A stretch of 61,281 bases of DNA, counting the filler, from a candidate division TA06 bacterium SM23_40 (GTDB taxonomy: Bacteria > LJUI01 > SM1-40), in assembly GCA_001303705.1 (NCBI GenBank). It is 5 parts of 5 records of this genome, joined end to end, with 100 filler letters (N's around TTAATTAATTAA, not from the genome) between each part and the next. Parts side by side here need not be neighbours in the genome. Positions count along the whole stretch, not along the records: positions 34,474 to 50,209 come from LJUI01000052.1; positions 50,310 to 55,485 come from LJUI01000179.1; positions 55,586 to 61,281 come from LJUI01000180.1; 2 more parts are not named here. One strand, given 5' to 3'. The notes under the pieces were generated by a model, which saw nothing but the letters and a program-made list of their open reading frames with translations, ran no database searches and was not told the DNA's origin. Positions 48,979-59,135 of this stretch are shown one piece after another (positions within the stretch are counted from its first letter, which is position 1; every line of letters begins with the position of its first letter). The position numbers were made by a program, and so were the translations under genes.

Positions 48979-50209
48979 CTATGGTGAGACGATGAATATG
49001 AACTCATCGTCGTCGTCGACCTGCATCGGGTAGATGCCAACGTTACCCACATAACGGTAGAACCCGAGGGGTGCGGCCTGGGGGACGAAGTGCCTGACGA
49101 CCTTTGAGATCTGCTGGTACGGCTGCAGCGTGACACTTACAGGTCCGGCAACAGGATTCCCGGGGTACGGATTCCCGTTCGGCAGATAGGCGTCGGTCCA
49201 GGCGGAGAAGCTCTGCGTCTGCTCCGTGTAGTTCTCGAGCGTCGCGGTGAGAGCGAGCGTATCACCCCGGGCCACGACCGTGCCGTGCGGCGAGAGCTCG
49301 ATCCTTATATCCTTGCCGCCCGTGAAGTAGAAATTCTGGCCTGTATAGGTCAGCTGCTCGTACGCCGCCTGGCTGTGGATGCCGCGCCCAGACTGCCCCC
49401 AGCCGGTTCCCCAGCTGTTCTGGAAATAGAAAATGGGCGGATTGTAGTCATTGTCATACCCATAGAGCATGTAGGCGTGGCCGCCACCGATCTGGCAGGT
49501 GCATACTGGGTCACAGACGCAGCCGCTCCACGACCAGCAGGGGTTGCAGACGAGCCCGCCTCCAAGGACCGGCCCATGGTGGTAAATCGCATCGATTATC
49601 TCGGCCATCGTGTACAGCGTATCGCAACTCTGCAGCGTGAAATCGTCTCCGCAGGGGCCGCTCACGTTCCAGCACTCTCCCGTGCAGGCCTCCCGTCCGC
49701 CGTTCGTGCAGCCGGCATGCTGAGGCCCGGCGTATCCGTACCCCGGATACGGCTGGCACTCTTCGGTGCAGCATCCGTCAGAGACGAGCACCTGTGCCGC
49801 GTTGCCGATCGATGCTCCCGCACAACTGTGACAGGAAGGATTGTTGCTCATCATGTCACCATCGGTGACGATGGTGTTGGTGCAGGTCCCCTGTCCGCAG
49901 CCCTGGCCGATGCAGAATCCGTAGACGCCACAGTCAGAATCATAGGGCTGGAGCTCAGGCCAGGTTCGGGTCCGATCGTACATGAATTCACGGCTCAGGT
50001 TTGTGGCGATGCACTCACATGTCCCGAGCCAGTTCTTGTCACACTCACAGGTATAGTCGTTCGAGTTGCCGGTGCCATCGTAGCAGATCGCTCCGCATTC
50101 CCACCACTCGCGAGTCGACATCGAAGCGTGGCCTGTGCACGCGCCGTACCCGTCCTGATCGACAATTCTCGGCAAAACCGCAACGCTTAACGCGGTGGGA
50201 ACGGGAAGG
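48979..50209 (-). CDS. Cys-rich papain-family (C1) peptidase with the shared C-terminal domain; 5' end truncated by the gap
   Basis: DQDGYGACTGHA (Gln/Cys), GGHAY (His) and FQNSWGTGWG (Asn); frame is open up to the gap. Confidence 0.88.
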
Positions 50210-50309
50210 NNNNNNNNNNNNNNNNNNNNNNNNNNNNNNNNNNNNNNNNNNNNTTAATTAATTAANNNNNNNNNNNNNNNNNNNNNNNNNNNNNNNNNNN
50301 NNNNNNNNN
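50210..50309. other. Artificial contig linker
   Basis: N-TTAATTAATTAA-N. Confidence 0.97.
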
Positions 50310-50319
50310 CGGCCCGAAT

Positions 50320-50982
50320 CTACACGCCTAATTCTTCATTGATCAAAACGACCTTAATCCGGCCTTTGGGAAACGATTTCTCAGTGATCACCCACGTGTT
50401 GCAGATGCGTTCAGGGCTGTCACAATCCGTGCAGTACCCTTCTTCAGCACAAGGGGTGTTCTTGCCACAGCGCCTGGCGTTCACCGGTGCAGCATAGTTC
50501 ATGATGCGGTGTCTGCCCTCTTCTTCATCGAGGACCGTTTTGTTACGACCGACGAGGATGACGACATTCTTGGGGCCGAACGCTATGGCGGCAACGCGGT
50601 TTCCCATCATGTCCAGATTCACAAGCTTGCCGGTCTCGGTCAAGGCATTCGTTCCAGTGATGAAGAGATCAACGAGAAGGGCCTGTCTTCGGCGCTCTAT
50701 GATTTCGTCTCGAGGGGCCTCTGTATCGAAGGTCTCCAACACTTCCAGGTCAGGGTGGGCCTTCAGAGCCTGCAGCAGACCTGTAGCATACAGGGTTTCG
50801 GAATCGCCCCATGAGATAGTCCTTGCCCCGGTAACGGGGAGAATGGTCTCGAACACGATCTCTCTCGCCTCGGCTGCATCTCGTGCCTCAAAGACCTCGA
50901 AGTTGTTCGCCTCGAGTGCTTCTCTGCAATTTCCAAGGCGAAGCTGCCAGTAGTCTTCTATCGAGCTGGTGAAATCAGGCAT
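50320..50982 (-). CDS. LUD-domain (lactate utilization) protein
   Basis: GTNALTETGKLVNLD..GNRVAA..FGP, GRNK, TPC...YC.DC.SPERICN motifs. Confidence 0.9.
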   Translation of the reverse strand: MPDFTSSIEDYWQLRLGNCREALEANNFEVFEARDAAEAREIVFETILPVTGARTISWGDSETLYATGLLQALKAHPDLEVLETFDTEAPRDEIIERRRQALLVDLFITGTNALTETGKLVNLDMMGNRVAAIAFGPKNVVILVGRNKTVLDEEEGRHRIMNYAAPVNARRCGKNTPCAEEGYCTDCDSPERICNTWVITEKSFPKGRIKVVLINEELGV

Positions 50983-51148
50983 CTATGCTACCTCCCCGAT
51001 GAAACGTCTATGGGTCAGATCGTGCCGGGTATCGGCCGCGATGCAGTCGCGTATCGCCCTCGCCCGGCTGTCGTCTGGGCACTAGACGTGCACGATGAAG
51101 AGGAACTTCTCTGTGGGTTGCTCCCAGACGATCTCTCTTCGTAATCGC

Positions 51149-51829
51149 TCAGTACACGAAGGGTATGATACGCCACGACCTCTGGGTATAAGCCTCCCAT
51201 TCCGACCCGAATTCACGGCGCATCAGGGCTTCCTCGTCGTGGATTCGCCACACCAGCACGATGGTCATCGCCGCGACGAGCAGCAGTGCCAACCATGAAC
51301 GGAAGACCAGAGAGATCCCCAGCGTGAAGAGCAGTATGCCCAGATACCTGGGATGACGCAGATACCTGTAAGGACCATGGGTCACGAGCCTGTGCCCCTC
51401 TTGGATCGAGACCTCCAGGCTGAACTGTCTCTCGAGAAGCGCCTCTGCCCAGTGCATCGCGATGAACCCGAGAGAAAAGAGGGCGAGTCCGAAATACCGT
51501 ACTGTCTCCACCTCCCTTACCGTAGCCACATCTCGGCGATCGCTGTACGGACCGGCCATGACAATCGCCAGGCTGAGCACCTGCATCAGCATCAGGGCCA
51601 GTCGCTGCCGGCGCACGGTCTTCTTCCCTCTCCCACGACTGCGTCCCACACCCGGAACCGCGATGACAACAGACGCCTGGAGCAGAACTGCCACTATGAG
51701 GTAACCGAACCGCGCCGGGTGAGCAGCGAACCCAGCCGCGTCCCCCACGCCCCATCCCACCAGAGGCAACCCGACGAAGATCGCCATTCCGATGAGCAGT
51801 GTTCCTGCAGCACGGACGACGCTCGACAC
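51149..51829 (-). CDS. Isoprenylcysteine carboxylmethyltransferase-family membrane protein
   Basis: GHRLVTHGPYRYLRHPRYLG; EEALM..FG.EW..Y..RIIP. Confidence 0.9.
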   Translation of the reverse strand: MSSVVRAAGTLLIGMAIFVGLPLVGWGVGDAAGFAAHPARFGYLIVAVLLQASVVIAVPGVGRSRGRGKKTVRRQRLALMLMQVLSLAIVMAGPYSDRRDVATVREVETVRYFGLALFSLGFIAMHWAEALLERQFSLEVSIQEGHRLVTHGPYRYLRHPRYLGILLFTLGISLVFRSWLALLLVAAMTIVLVWRIHDEEALMRREFGSEWEAYTQRSWRIIPFVY

Positions 51830-51903
51830 AGAAGAGTCTCCTCTGTATCCCTCAGCGGCCTGACCGGCCCGCGCACGGATGCATGGGGGCTTCGCAGTAC
51901 GTG

Positions 51904-52935
51904 TTATTCGAACCCCAACAGGCTATTGTCGACACGCATGCCAAGACATGGCACGACACCGCGCCGCCGGCCGGCTCCATCCCCTTGCGAGACGCCGCCA
52001 GTCTCCTCCCCTACGTTTCGTCCCTTCAGTCCTCGGAACCCTAGCGAGAGCTCGCCCCCCGGCCGCCACGAGGGAAACTCCTCCTCGAAGTCGTTGTCGG
52101 TGAGCTTCTGTAGGTTACTGCCGTCGGCATCCATCACGTAGATCTCACCGTCGCCGTCACGCCACGAGGCGAAGACGATCCTTGCACCATCGGGCGACCA
52201 GTCCGGACAGTTCTCCCCGGCGTAGGTGGTTGAGAGTAGCTGCAGATCGCTGCCATCAGCGCGGATGGTGTAGATGCCGCGAAAACCCCCGTGGTCCGAC
52301 CCGAACGCGATCCGCTCCCCGTCTGGGGACCACGAGTACTCGAGGCCCTGAGTCTCCAGGAGCTTTTGAACGTCTCCGCCGTCGGAGTTCATGACGTATG
52401 TGCCATCGTCACCCTCCATACGGCAGAAGACGATTCGCGATCCGTCCGGCGACCATGCCGGGAAATCCTCATGCGCGGCCGTCTCCGTCAGACGCCGCAG
52501 ATTCGTCCCGTCCACGTCCGCGGTATATATCTCCCAGTTCCCGTCACGCCGCGAGGTGAAGGCCAGCCGCCTGCCGTCGGGAGACCACTCCGGCCAGATA
52601 TCCCCCGAGGTGTGGTGCGTAATCTGCCTTATGTTTCCCCCGTCGGCGTCCATCACGTAGATGTCTGGATTGCCGCTGCGGGTCGAGGAAAAGGCGATCT
52701 CGGAACCATCCGGCGACCAGCTCGGCCACGCATCGTACGCAGGATCGTCGGTGAGTCTGCGCGGTTCACTCCCGTCAACCCGCATGACGCATATCTCCGA
52801 GTTACCGTCCCGCTCCGAGTTGAAGGCGATCAGCTGCATCTCTTCAGCGAGGCCCGGTTCCTCTGTCTCCCGTCTGAGACAGCTGGTCAACAGAAGCAGG
52901 CAGCAGCCTCCCGCGAGCAGACACGCGATCCTCAT
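51904..52935 (-). CDS. TolB-like (PD40 repeat) lipoprotein
   Basis: Lipobox LTSC; repeated WSPDG..IAF.S..DG..EIY.M..DG units. Confidence 0.88.
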   Translation of the reverse strand: MRIACLLAGGCCLLLLTSCLRRETEEPGLAEEMQLIAFNSERDGNSEICVMRVDGSEPRRLTDDPAYDAWPSWSPDGSEIAFSSTRSGNPDIYVMDADGGNIRQITHHTSGDIWPEWSPDGRRLAFTSRRDGNWEIYTADVDGTNLRRLTETAAHEDFPAWSPDGSRIVFCRMEGDDGTYVMNSDGGDVQKLLETQGLEYSWSPDGERIAFGSDHGGFRGIYTIRADGSDLQLLSTTYAGENCPDWSPDGARIVFASWRDGDGEIYVMDADGSNLQKLTDNDFEEEFPSWRPGGELSLGFRGLKGRNVGEETGGVSQGDGAGRRRGVVPCLGMRVDNSLLGFE

Positions 52936-53044
52936 CTCACATCCTCCGATCGACCACGGAACTGATATTTCGCACCAGCATCACATGCATCACCAGCATC
53001 GCCGGCGTCATGAGCGTCCGCCGGATCGATTGCTCTGCCTTGCA

Positions 53045-53947
53045 TCACTTCATCAGCAACAAGCTGAGGGCTATGACTGCCATGCCCGTCACCAGTCCCA
53101 GAAGGCTGTCATGCCCTCTCCCGTACATCCGGCTCGTCGGCAGCAGCTCGTCGAGGCTTATGTAGACCATGATGCCACCCACTCCGCCGAACAGCACCCC
53201 CGTCCACTGGGGAGGGATCAGCCCAGAGGTACCGCCCGCGAAGAACCATAGAGCGATGTATCCAATCCCGGCGCCGACCGGCTCGGCCACACCGCTGAGC
53301 ACCGAGTACGCAAACGCCTTTCGGCGATTGCCGGTCGCGTAGAAGATGGGCACAGAGACACTGATGCCTTCAGGAATGTTGTGCAGCGCGATCGCAACGG
53401 CGATGGCTATGCCCAGGCTCGGGTCTTGCAGGGCCGTCAGAAACGTCGCCAGTCCCTCCGGGAAATTGTGGATCACAATCGCGAGCGCCGTGAACATGCC
53501 CATGCGCAGGAGTCTGCCTTCGGGCACCCGGTGGTCGTGCGCGCCCGGCACGGCATACTTCCCATCGGCGGCGATCGCATCGAAGTCCGGCAGAGGGGCG
53601 GACGCGTCGCGGAGCGGAGCGATCTCCTCCTTCGTGTGCGGCTCATGTGGGTTCTCTGCCGAGGAGATCAGATTGTCGATCAGCCCGATCAGCAGCATCC
53701 CTCCGAAGAACGCTGCCGCGTTGATCCAGTGTCCCCAATGCTCGCCGTACGCCTTCGTCAGCGACTCCGCGCCCTTGAAGAAGATCTCTACGAACGATAC
53801 GTAGAGCATCACCCCGGCCGAAAAGCCAGTGGCCAGCGACAGGAATCGGTAGTTCGTCCGATCGGCGAAGAACGCAATCGCGCTTCCGATTCCGGTAGAC
53901 ATCCCGGCGAAGAGGGTCAGACCGAATGCAATCCAGATCCGGCTCAT
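53045..53947 (-). CDS. zupT: ZIP-family zinc transporter ZupT
   Basis: [29 protein letters not shown] and DELLP motifs; start at MSRIW. Confidence 0.95.
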   Translation of the reverse strand: MSRIWIAFGLTLFAGMSTGIGSAIAFFADRTNYRFLSLATGFSAGVMLYVSFVEIFFKGAESLTKAYGEHWGHWINAAAFFGGMLLIGLIDNLISSAENPHEPHTKEEIAPLRDASAPLPDFDAIAADGKYAVPGAHDHRVPEGRLLRMGMFTALAIVIHNFPEGLATFLTALQDPSLGIAIAVAIALHNIPEGISVSVPIFYATGNRRKAFAYSVLSGVAEPVGAGIGYIALWFFAGGTSGLIPPQWTGVLFGGVGGIMVYISLDELLPTSRMYGRGHDSLLGLVTGMAVIALSLLLMK

Positions 53948-53948
53948 C

Positions 53949-54464
53949 TCACTCCATAATCTCCATGCTCCCGAGAATGGCCTGCATCGTGCCCCTGTGC
54001 TGCGCCCAGCTACTGTCCGGGCACCAGACCTGCATGATGAAGAGGTAGTTCTCCCTCGGCCGTTCGGGCACCTTCCCATGCGGGAGCACCGCCAGCAGAG
54101 TGTGAATCGGAGTACCCTCCGAGGCGCCGGTCGTGTCGAGAACCCATGCTTCACGGCCTCCGATCGACCGCCTCTCCGGTTCCCGATCCAGCGACAGACC
54201 TTTCATGTCTGCCATCTTCATCAAGTAGCGGAGCCCGTCCTGTTCGGTCGTCGTGTGCCAGACGATCACGTGCACCGCCGACTGAGAATCGATGACCTCG
54301 TAGACGCCAGGGTCTCCGGGCCAGGGATGGTGCTCCATACCCTGGGGGGCTCTGAACTGAATGTCGAGGGTGGGGTGCCTCAATACCTGTCCGGCATCAT
54401 GCGTCGCGCAGCCGGCAACAAGAATAATCGCAACCGTTCCGAGAATCGGCAGCATGTGTCTCAT
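53949..54464 (-). CDS. Hypothetical lipoprotein
   Basis: [27 protein letters not shown] lipobox; stop abuts the zupT start. Confidence 0.72.
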   Translation of the reverse strand: MRHMLPILGTVAIILVAGCATHDAGQVLRHPTLDIQFRAPQGMEHHPWPGDPGVYEVIDSQSAVHVIVWHTTTEQDGLRYLMKMADMKGLSLDREPERRSIGGREAWVLDTTGASEGTPIHTLLAVLPHGKVPERPRENYLFIMQVWCPDSSWAQHRGTMQAILGSMEIME

Positions 54465-54560
54465 GAAGCCCTCCCTGTACGCATGGCGTGCGGATGGCAA
54501 CGAGCCGCGCGCGTCGATCGGTATGCAACTCCGCATATCGGGCAACCCGGTCGGCACGTG

Positions 54561-54675
<115 letters not shown>

Positions 54676-54739
54676 CGGGTACTTCGTGCAACGCCGCGCA
54701 ATTCCTCGTCCGGGCCGGCGGCGCTGTTCGAGCGAATTC

Positions 54740-55474
54740 TCAGTCGTTGATTGCCGAGAAGAGCGCCTCCCGCTGTGCGCGGAGGCCGGCAGCCGCGCCC
54801 AGCGCGACCTCCTCTTCATTCCTCTGCAGGGCGTCGAGAACCCCGGCTGCAACGGCCTCGGGGGACATGACGTATCCGCCCTCATCCACCCTTCTGCGGC
54901 TCCCCCCGAGCCGGGTGGCCACCACAGGAGGAACGATCTCGAAGACGCGCACCGACGTTTCGCGAAGCTGGTGCCGCAGGCAGAGGCTTAACGAGTGGAC
55001 GGCCGCCTTGGTGGCGCAGTACACGGGCACGGCCGCCAGGGGTGTGAATGCCAACCCCGAGGAGATGTTGACGATAGCCGCTTCCTCCTTGCGCCTCAGA
55101 TGTGGAATGAGAAGAGCGCTCAGATGTATCGGGGCCGTCAGGTTCGTGGCCACCTCCTCATCTGCGTGCACAAGGTCCCGAGCCCCCCTCAGGAAGTCTA
55201 CCGACCGCTGAACCCCGGCGTTGTTGATGAGAAGGTTGAGCTTCCTGAACTCGGACAGAAGCCAGTCGACCAGCGCGCGTCTCGACCGCGCCACAGAGAC
55301 ATCGCACACGCGGACGTGGATCTGGGGCATGCGCTTCTTCGCCGCCCGTAGCCGGTCACGACGGCGACCACAGATGATCACTTTGTTATCCCGACGCACG
55401 AGCTCTTCTGCCAACGCCAGTCCGATACCAGTCCCGCCGCCCGTGATGAGTACCGTGTTCCCCGATGTCTTCAT
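54740..55474 (-). CDS. Short-chain dehydrogenase/reductase (DltE-like)
   Basis: TGGGTGIG, NNAG, NISSGLA and YCATK motifs. Confidence 0.93.
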   Translation of the reverse strand: MKTSGNTVLITGGGTGIGLALAEELVRRDNKVIICGRRRDRLRAAKKRMPQIHVRVCDVSVARSRRALVDWLLSEFRKLNLLINNAGVQRSVDFLRGARDLVHADEEVATNLTAPIHLSALLIPHLRRKEEAAIVNISSGLAFTPLAAVPVYCATKAAVHSLSLCLRHQLRETSVRVFEIVPPVVATRLGGSRRRVDEGGYVMSPEAVAAGVLDALQRNEEEVALGAAAGLRAQREALFSAIND

Positions 55475-55485
55475 GTTTCACTGCT

Positions 55486-55585
55486 NNNNNNNNNNNNNNN
55501 NNNNNNNNNNNNNNNNNNNNNNNNNNNNNTTAATTAATTAANNNNNNNNNNNNNNNNNNNNNNNNNNNNNNNNNNNNNNNNNNNN
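55486..55585. other. Artificial contig linker
   Basis: N-TTAATTAATTAA-N. Confidence 0.97.
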
Positions 55586-56000
55586 TCCCGCGCATCGCTT
55601 TCTCGACCGAGAAGGAGCTGTCATACCGCGGCTCGGCTAGCTCAACTCTGCGAGATGGCGAATGCGGTGGTTCGGATTCCGCTTGTGCAACGGCAGTATT
55701 CTCCTGTGCTGGCGTGCCACCCTCGGCCGCGGCACCTTCCTGTGCCGGCGTGGCGCCCTCGTATGTCGATTCAGCACCCTCCTCCGAGTTCGAACCGCCC
55801 TCCCCCGCGAGTATACCGCTCCCTTCCGTGGCGGTACGACCCTCCCCTCCGCCTGTGGCGCCTTCCTCCACGCGTGCGGCCCCCTCCTGCACAGGTGCGC
55901 CGCCCTCATCCACGGCAGGCGTCTGGAGCGCCAGATTAAACCCCAGGTACGCCGAAGCGATTATTCCGATGCCGAGAAGTATCAGATGCCATATCTTCAT
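55586..56000 (-). CDS. N-terminal fragment: TM anchor, EG/A-rich linker and the probable start of a SagB/nitroreductase-like domain; truncated by the gap
   Basis: GGAGG RBS; TM helix; 7-aa EGAxPxQ repeats; VELAEPRYDSSFSVEKAM resembles the SagB-family start. Confidence 0.6.
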
Positions 56001-56186
56001 CGTACCGCCTCCTCCGTACTATCTTCTGAGGCTCGCCCTCCCCGAGTCGGCCAGATACCTGAGCACTCTCATCGCGCCGCGAAATCTGAATCCCGAAATC
56101 CGAAACACGGTCGGAGCCGGGCCGGGGCACGAGTGAACTCATCGTGTACGTCGCAGCAGGTATGTGCGCCTTCCTCCTCTACGCTG

Positions 56187-56337
56187 CACGCATCAGTGCC
56201 CCACGCATCGGTGCAGCACCCATCAGCGCAACACACATCCGCGCCACACGCCTCACCCCGTCACGCATCAGCCCGTCACGCACCTCCGCCCCGCGCCTGC
56301 CAAGCTGCACACATGTGCGCAGCACATACCTCCACAG
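56187..56337. repeat. Degenerate 15-bp tandem repeat (~10 units)
   Basis: CACGCATCAGYGCNN units at 56187, 56202, 56217, 56232, 56247, 56262, 56277 and onward. Confidence 0.85.
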
Positions 56338-56345
56338 CCCGCTCC

Positions 56346-58799
56346 TCAGATGGCCCGCTCCTTCAGGTGCTCGCCAAGTCGATCGAACGCCTTCACCCAC
56401 CTCTGTGCGTCGGGATCTCCCGCACCGGCCCGCGCACTCATCTGCCCGTACACATCCTTACCGAGGAAAAAGTACGTATTCTGGACCTTCCACAGATCGA
56501 ACCCCACCGGGAGCGTGCTCAGGAGATCGAACAGAGTGTTGATCTCTTCCAGAAGAGTAACGTCCTGGGGACGCTCTTTCAGCTTCGTCATGAGGCCGAA
56601 GATCTTCGCGCTCCCCACGAACGACACAGTCGGCTTGTCCACACTCAACGACCACCGTCTCATCTCGCCCACCGTCTTCTCGAGCCCATTCCGGTCGATC
56701 CCGTCGGTCTTGAGAAGCCGTACGAGATCGCTGTTCAGGATGAACTCGACGGCAGTCGCCAGGATGCGCGGCAGCGGGATCCGGAGCCCGCCCATCGCCT
56801 GCATCACCGGGCAGTTGTCCTCGTAGATCTGGCGGTAGGAGAACTCAAGTTCCTTGAGGGTCGGCTCCATGATCTGGCCCATGATCTCCCGCTGTTCGTC
56901 CTTGAACAGATGCCAGAGAGAGAAGTCGTGGGAGCCGAAGGATCGGTCCATCAACACAATGACCTTGGAGAGATCGCTTTTCAGAAAGGCCTCTTTGATC
57001 TGCCCCTTCGTCCGATCCCACGGCGCACCCTGCCTGGACTCCCCCGGTCCGGGCTCACCAGGTTCGTAGAGCTTCCCACCTCCCACGAAGTTATGGTCGC
57101 CCAGATGGAGCACGCCAAACGAAATCGTCGACTCGTCGAGCGTTATCTGCGACCTGATCCTCGCCGTGCCGACCGCGATCTTCTGCCTACCCATCTCCGC
57201 CCGGTCATAATCCTCGCGCGAGGCACTGTAGCAGTAGATCCCGGAGGTCTCCGGATACTCCCTGAACAGCGAGGAGATCGCGTAGTGCGCTCCCACCCCC
57301 ATCAGATCGAGGACCGCCGGCCTGACGAAGAGCTCGTACACAGCCGCGCCGTTCTTGAACTCGGGGATGTTGCTCGAGCCTTTCTCCAACATCCTCAGGA
57401 ACTCCGGCTCGAAATCGATACCGGCGGTCTCCCGCGCCAGCTGGATGGCGCGTGCCGCATAGTTCAGGATCTGGACCGTCTCGATCCCCGATATTTCATC
57501 GAAGAACCAGCCGCAGCTGGTGTACATGAACATCTGGTGCCGCTCCATCTCCAGCAGCTTCAGGACCGTCACGTTCTCGTCCGGCGACAGTTCTCGCGTG
57601 CGGTGTTCGGAGAGGAAGCGCTCGATGTTCTCCGGGGATCTGTCGAGCATCACACCGACATAGTCGTCCCTGGCCGCCCAGGGATCCCGCACGAACTGAG
57701 ACGCCTGCTTCTCGTACACCCCGACCAGGCTGTCGCGCAGCCAGTCCATGGCGGCGCGCAGCGGCACCCGCCACGCCTGATTCCAGTCCGGGTGCCCGCC
57801 GGTGTCGCATCCGCAATCGCTCTTCCACCGTTCCACCCCATGGATGCAGCTCCACGAGGAATTCTCGAAGACCTCCACCTCGTGCGTCGGCGGATGTTTC
57901 TCCAGGTACTCACCGTACACGGTGATGGCGGCGAGCTTGTCCGACTCGATCTTGTGGAGGCAGTAGGCGAGCGCCATATCACCGTTCCGGCGATGGTGGC
58001 CGTAGCTCTCGCCGTCCGTGGCGATATGAACGAGCTGGTCTTCTTTGCGGTCGGCGAACGTCCCCGCGAGACGCCGGGCGAAGTTCCCACCGCTGTCGAG
58101 GAGACCGCCGAACGCCACCTCCCTGGCAACAGGACCGTCGTAGAAGAAGAGTCTGATGGTCTTCCCGGAGGGCAGTCGGCAGAGATAGGAAAGCTTGGGA
58201 TCGATCCTCTCCTCCCTCACATCATGCCACGTCTTCTCCCCTATTTTTCGGATGCGGCGCGCCTGGCGCGGCGCGAGGATGGTGAAAGCGATCGAATGCT
58301 CGGCCATGATGTCGAGCGTCTCCAGATCGACCGCTGTCTCCGGCAACCACATCCCCTCCGGCTTCCTCCCGAACCGGCGCTCGAAGTCCCAGATCCCCCA
58401 GACGATCTGGGTACGCTTGTCTCTCGTGTTGGCGAGGGGCATGATCATATGGCTGTACGCCTGGGCCAGCGCCCCGCCGTGCTCCCCAAAGCGCTCCCGG
58501 CTCGCCCGGTCGGCATCGACGATCGCGGCGTGGACCTCCGGTTCGTGCTTCTCCATCCATGCGAGAAGCGTGGGCCCGAAATTGAAACTGATCTTAGCAT
58601 AGTTGTTGACGATATCGACGATCCGCCTGTCGGAGTCGAGGATCCGGGAGGCCGAGTTCGGGGCGTAGCACTCCGCGGTCACCCGCTTGTTCCAATCGTG
58701 GTGCGGATAGGCCGAGTCCTGCAGCTCTATCTGTTCGAGCCACGGGTTCTCCCGGGGCGGCTGGTAGAAATGGCCGTGGATGCAGATGTAGCGGTTCAT
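56346..58799 (-). CDS. GH57 glycoside hydrolase with DUF3536 C-terminus
   Basis: HGHFYQPPRENPW, SFNFGPTL, MWLPETA, TDGESYGHH, WSCIHGVERW and MYTSCGWFFD motifs. Confidence 0.93.
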   Translation of the reverse strand: MNRYICIHGHFYQPPRENPWLEQIELQDSAYPHHDWNKRVTAECYAPNSASRILDSDRRIVDIVNNYAKISFNFGPTLLAWMEKHEPEVHAAIVDADRASRERFGEHGGALAQAYSHMIMPLANTRDKRTQIVWGIWDFERRFGRKPEGMWLPETAVDLETLDIMAEHSIAFTILAPRQARRIRKIGEKTWHDVREERIDPKLSYLCRLPSGKTIRLFFYDGPVAREVAFGGLLDSGGNFARRLAGTFADRKEDQLVHIATDGESYGHHRRNGDMALAYCLHKIESDKLAAITVYGEYLEKHPPTHEVEVFENSSWSCIHGVERWKSDCGCDTGGHPDWNQAWRVPLRAAMDWLRDSLVGVYEKQASQFVRDPWAARDDYVGVMLDRSPENIERFLSEHRTRELSPDENVTVLKLLEMERHQMFMYTSCGWFFDEISGIETVQILNYAARAIQLARETAGIDFEPEFLRMLEKGSSNIPEFKNGAAVYELFVRPAVLDLMGVGAHYAISSLFREYPETSGIYCYSASREDYDRAEMGRQKIAVGTARIRSQITLDESTISFGVLHLGDHNFVGGGKLYEPGEPGPGESRQGAPWDRTKGQIKEAFLKSDLSKVIVLMDRSFGSHDFSLWHLFKDEQREIMGQIMEPTLKELEFSYRQIYEDNCPVMQAMGGLRIPLPRILATAVEFILNSDLVRLLKTDGIDRNGLEKTVGEMRRWSLSVDKPTVSFVGSAKIFGLMTKLKERPQDVTLLEEINTLFDLLSTLPVGFDLWKVQNTYFFLGKDVYGQMSARAGAGDPDAQRWVKAFDRLGEHLKERAI

Positions 58800-58943
58800 T
58801 CGCCTCCTTCCGGCACGAACCGAGCAACTCCCTGCGGCCTCACGAGGACCTCGGGGGCGAATACAACGGGATCCCGGAGGTCGCCGAGCCTCTCGGTGTC
58901 GCCCTCGATTGTCCGCTCAGGGGCGACCGTGCCGACGTGTCGT

Positions 58944-59122
58944 CAGATGGAGATCTTATTCAGACGTGGATCTTATACTGACATCGATCTCATACAGATG
59001 TGGATCTCACACCAAGGTCAATCTGATAGAGACATCGATCTCATACAGAGATTTCGTACAGATGTGGGTCTCACGCCAACGTGAATCCGATACAGGCGTC
59101 AATCTCACACAGAGATCTCGTG
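58944..59122. repeat. Degenerate 17-bp tandem repeat (11 units, two shortened to 13 bp)
   Basis: CAGAYGTSGATCTCATA-like units at 58944, 58961, 58978, 58995, 59012, 59029, 59059, 59076, 59093. Confidence 0.88.
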
Positions 59123-59135
59123 CCGAGTGCCGGCG

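Noticed and set aside
51904-52060. Extra ~50-aa tail on the TolB-like protein as a new domain
   Set aside because: Low-information sequence; removing one G from the G-run after WRP gives an early TAG, so a homopolymer indel is as likely.
52970-53030. His-rich peptide (HQHHMHHQH) near zupT
   Set aside because: Antisense and downstream of zupT, within a shadow ORF; explained by a short CACCAGCATC duplication.
55662-59084. 1140-aa + strand ORF and other long + strand ORFs (80..1507, 4460..6025, 7076..8971, 17895..19406, 20109..21536)
   Set aside because: Antisense shadows of well-supported minus-strand genes in GC-rich DNA; Arg/Pro-rich with no recognisable motifs.
58944-59122. CRISPR array
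   Set aside because: Units are contiguous with no unique spacers.
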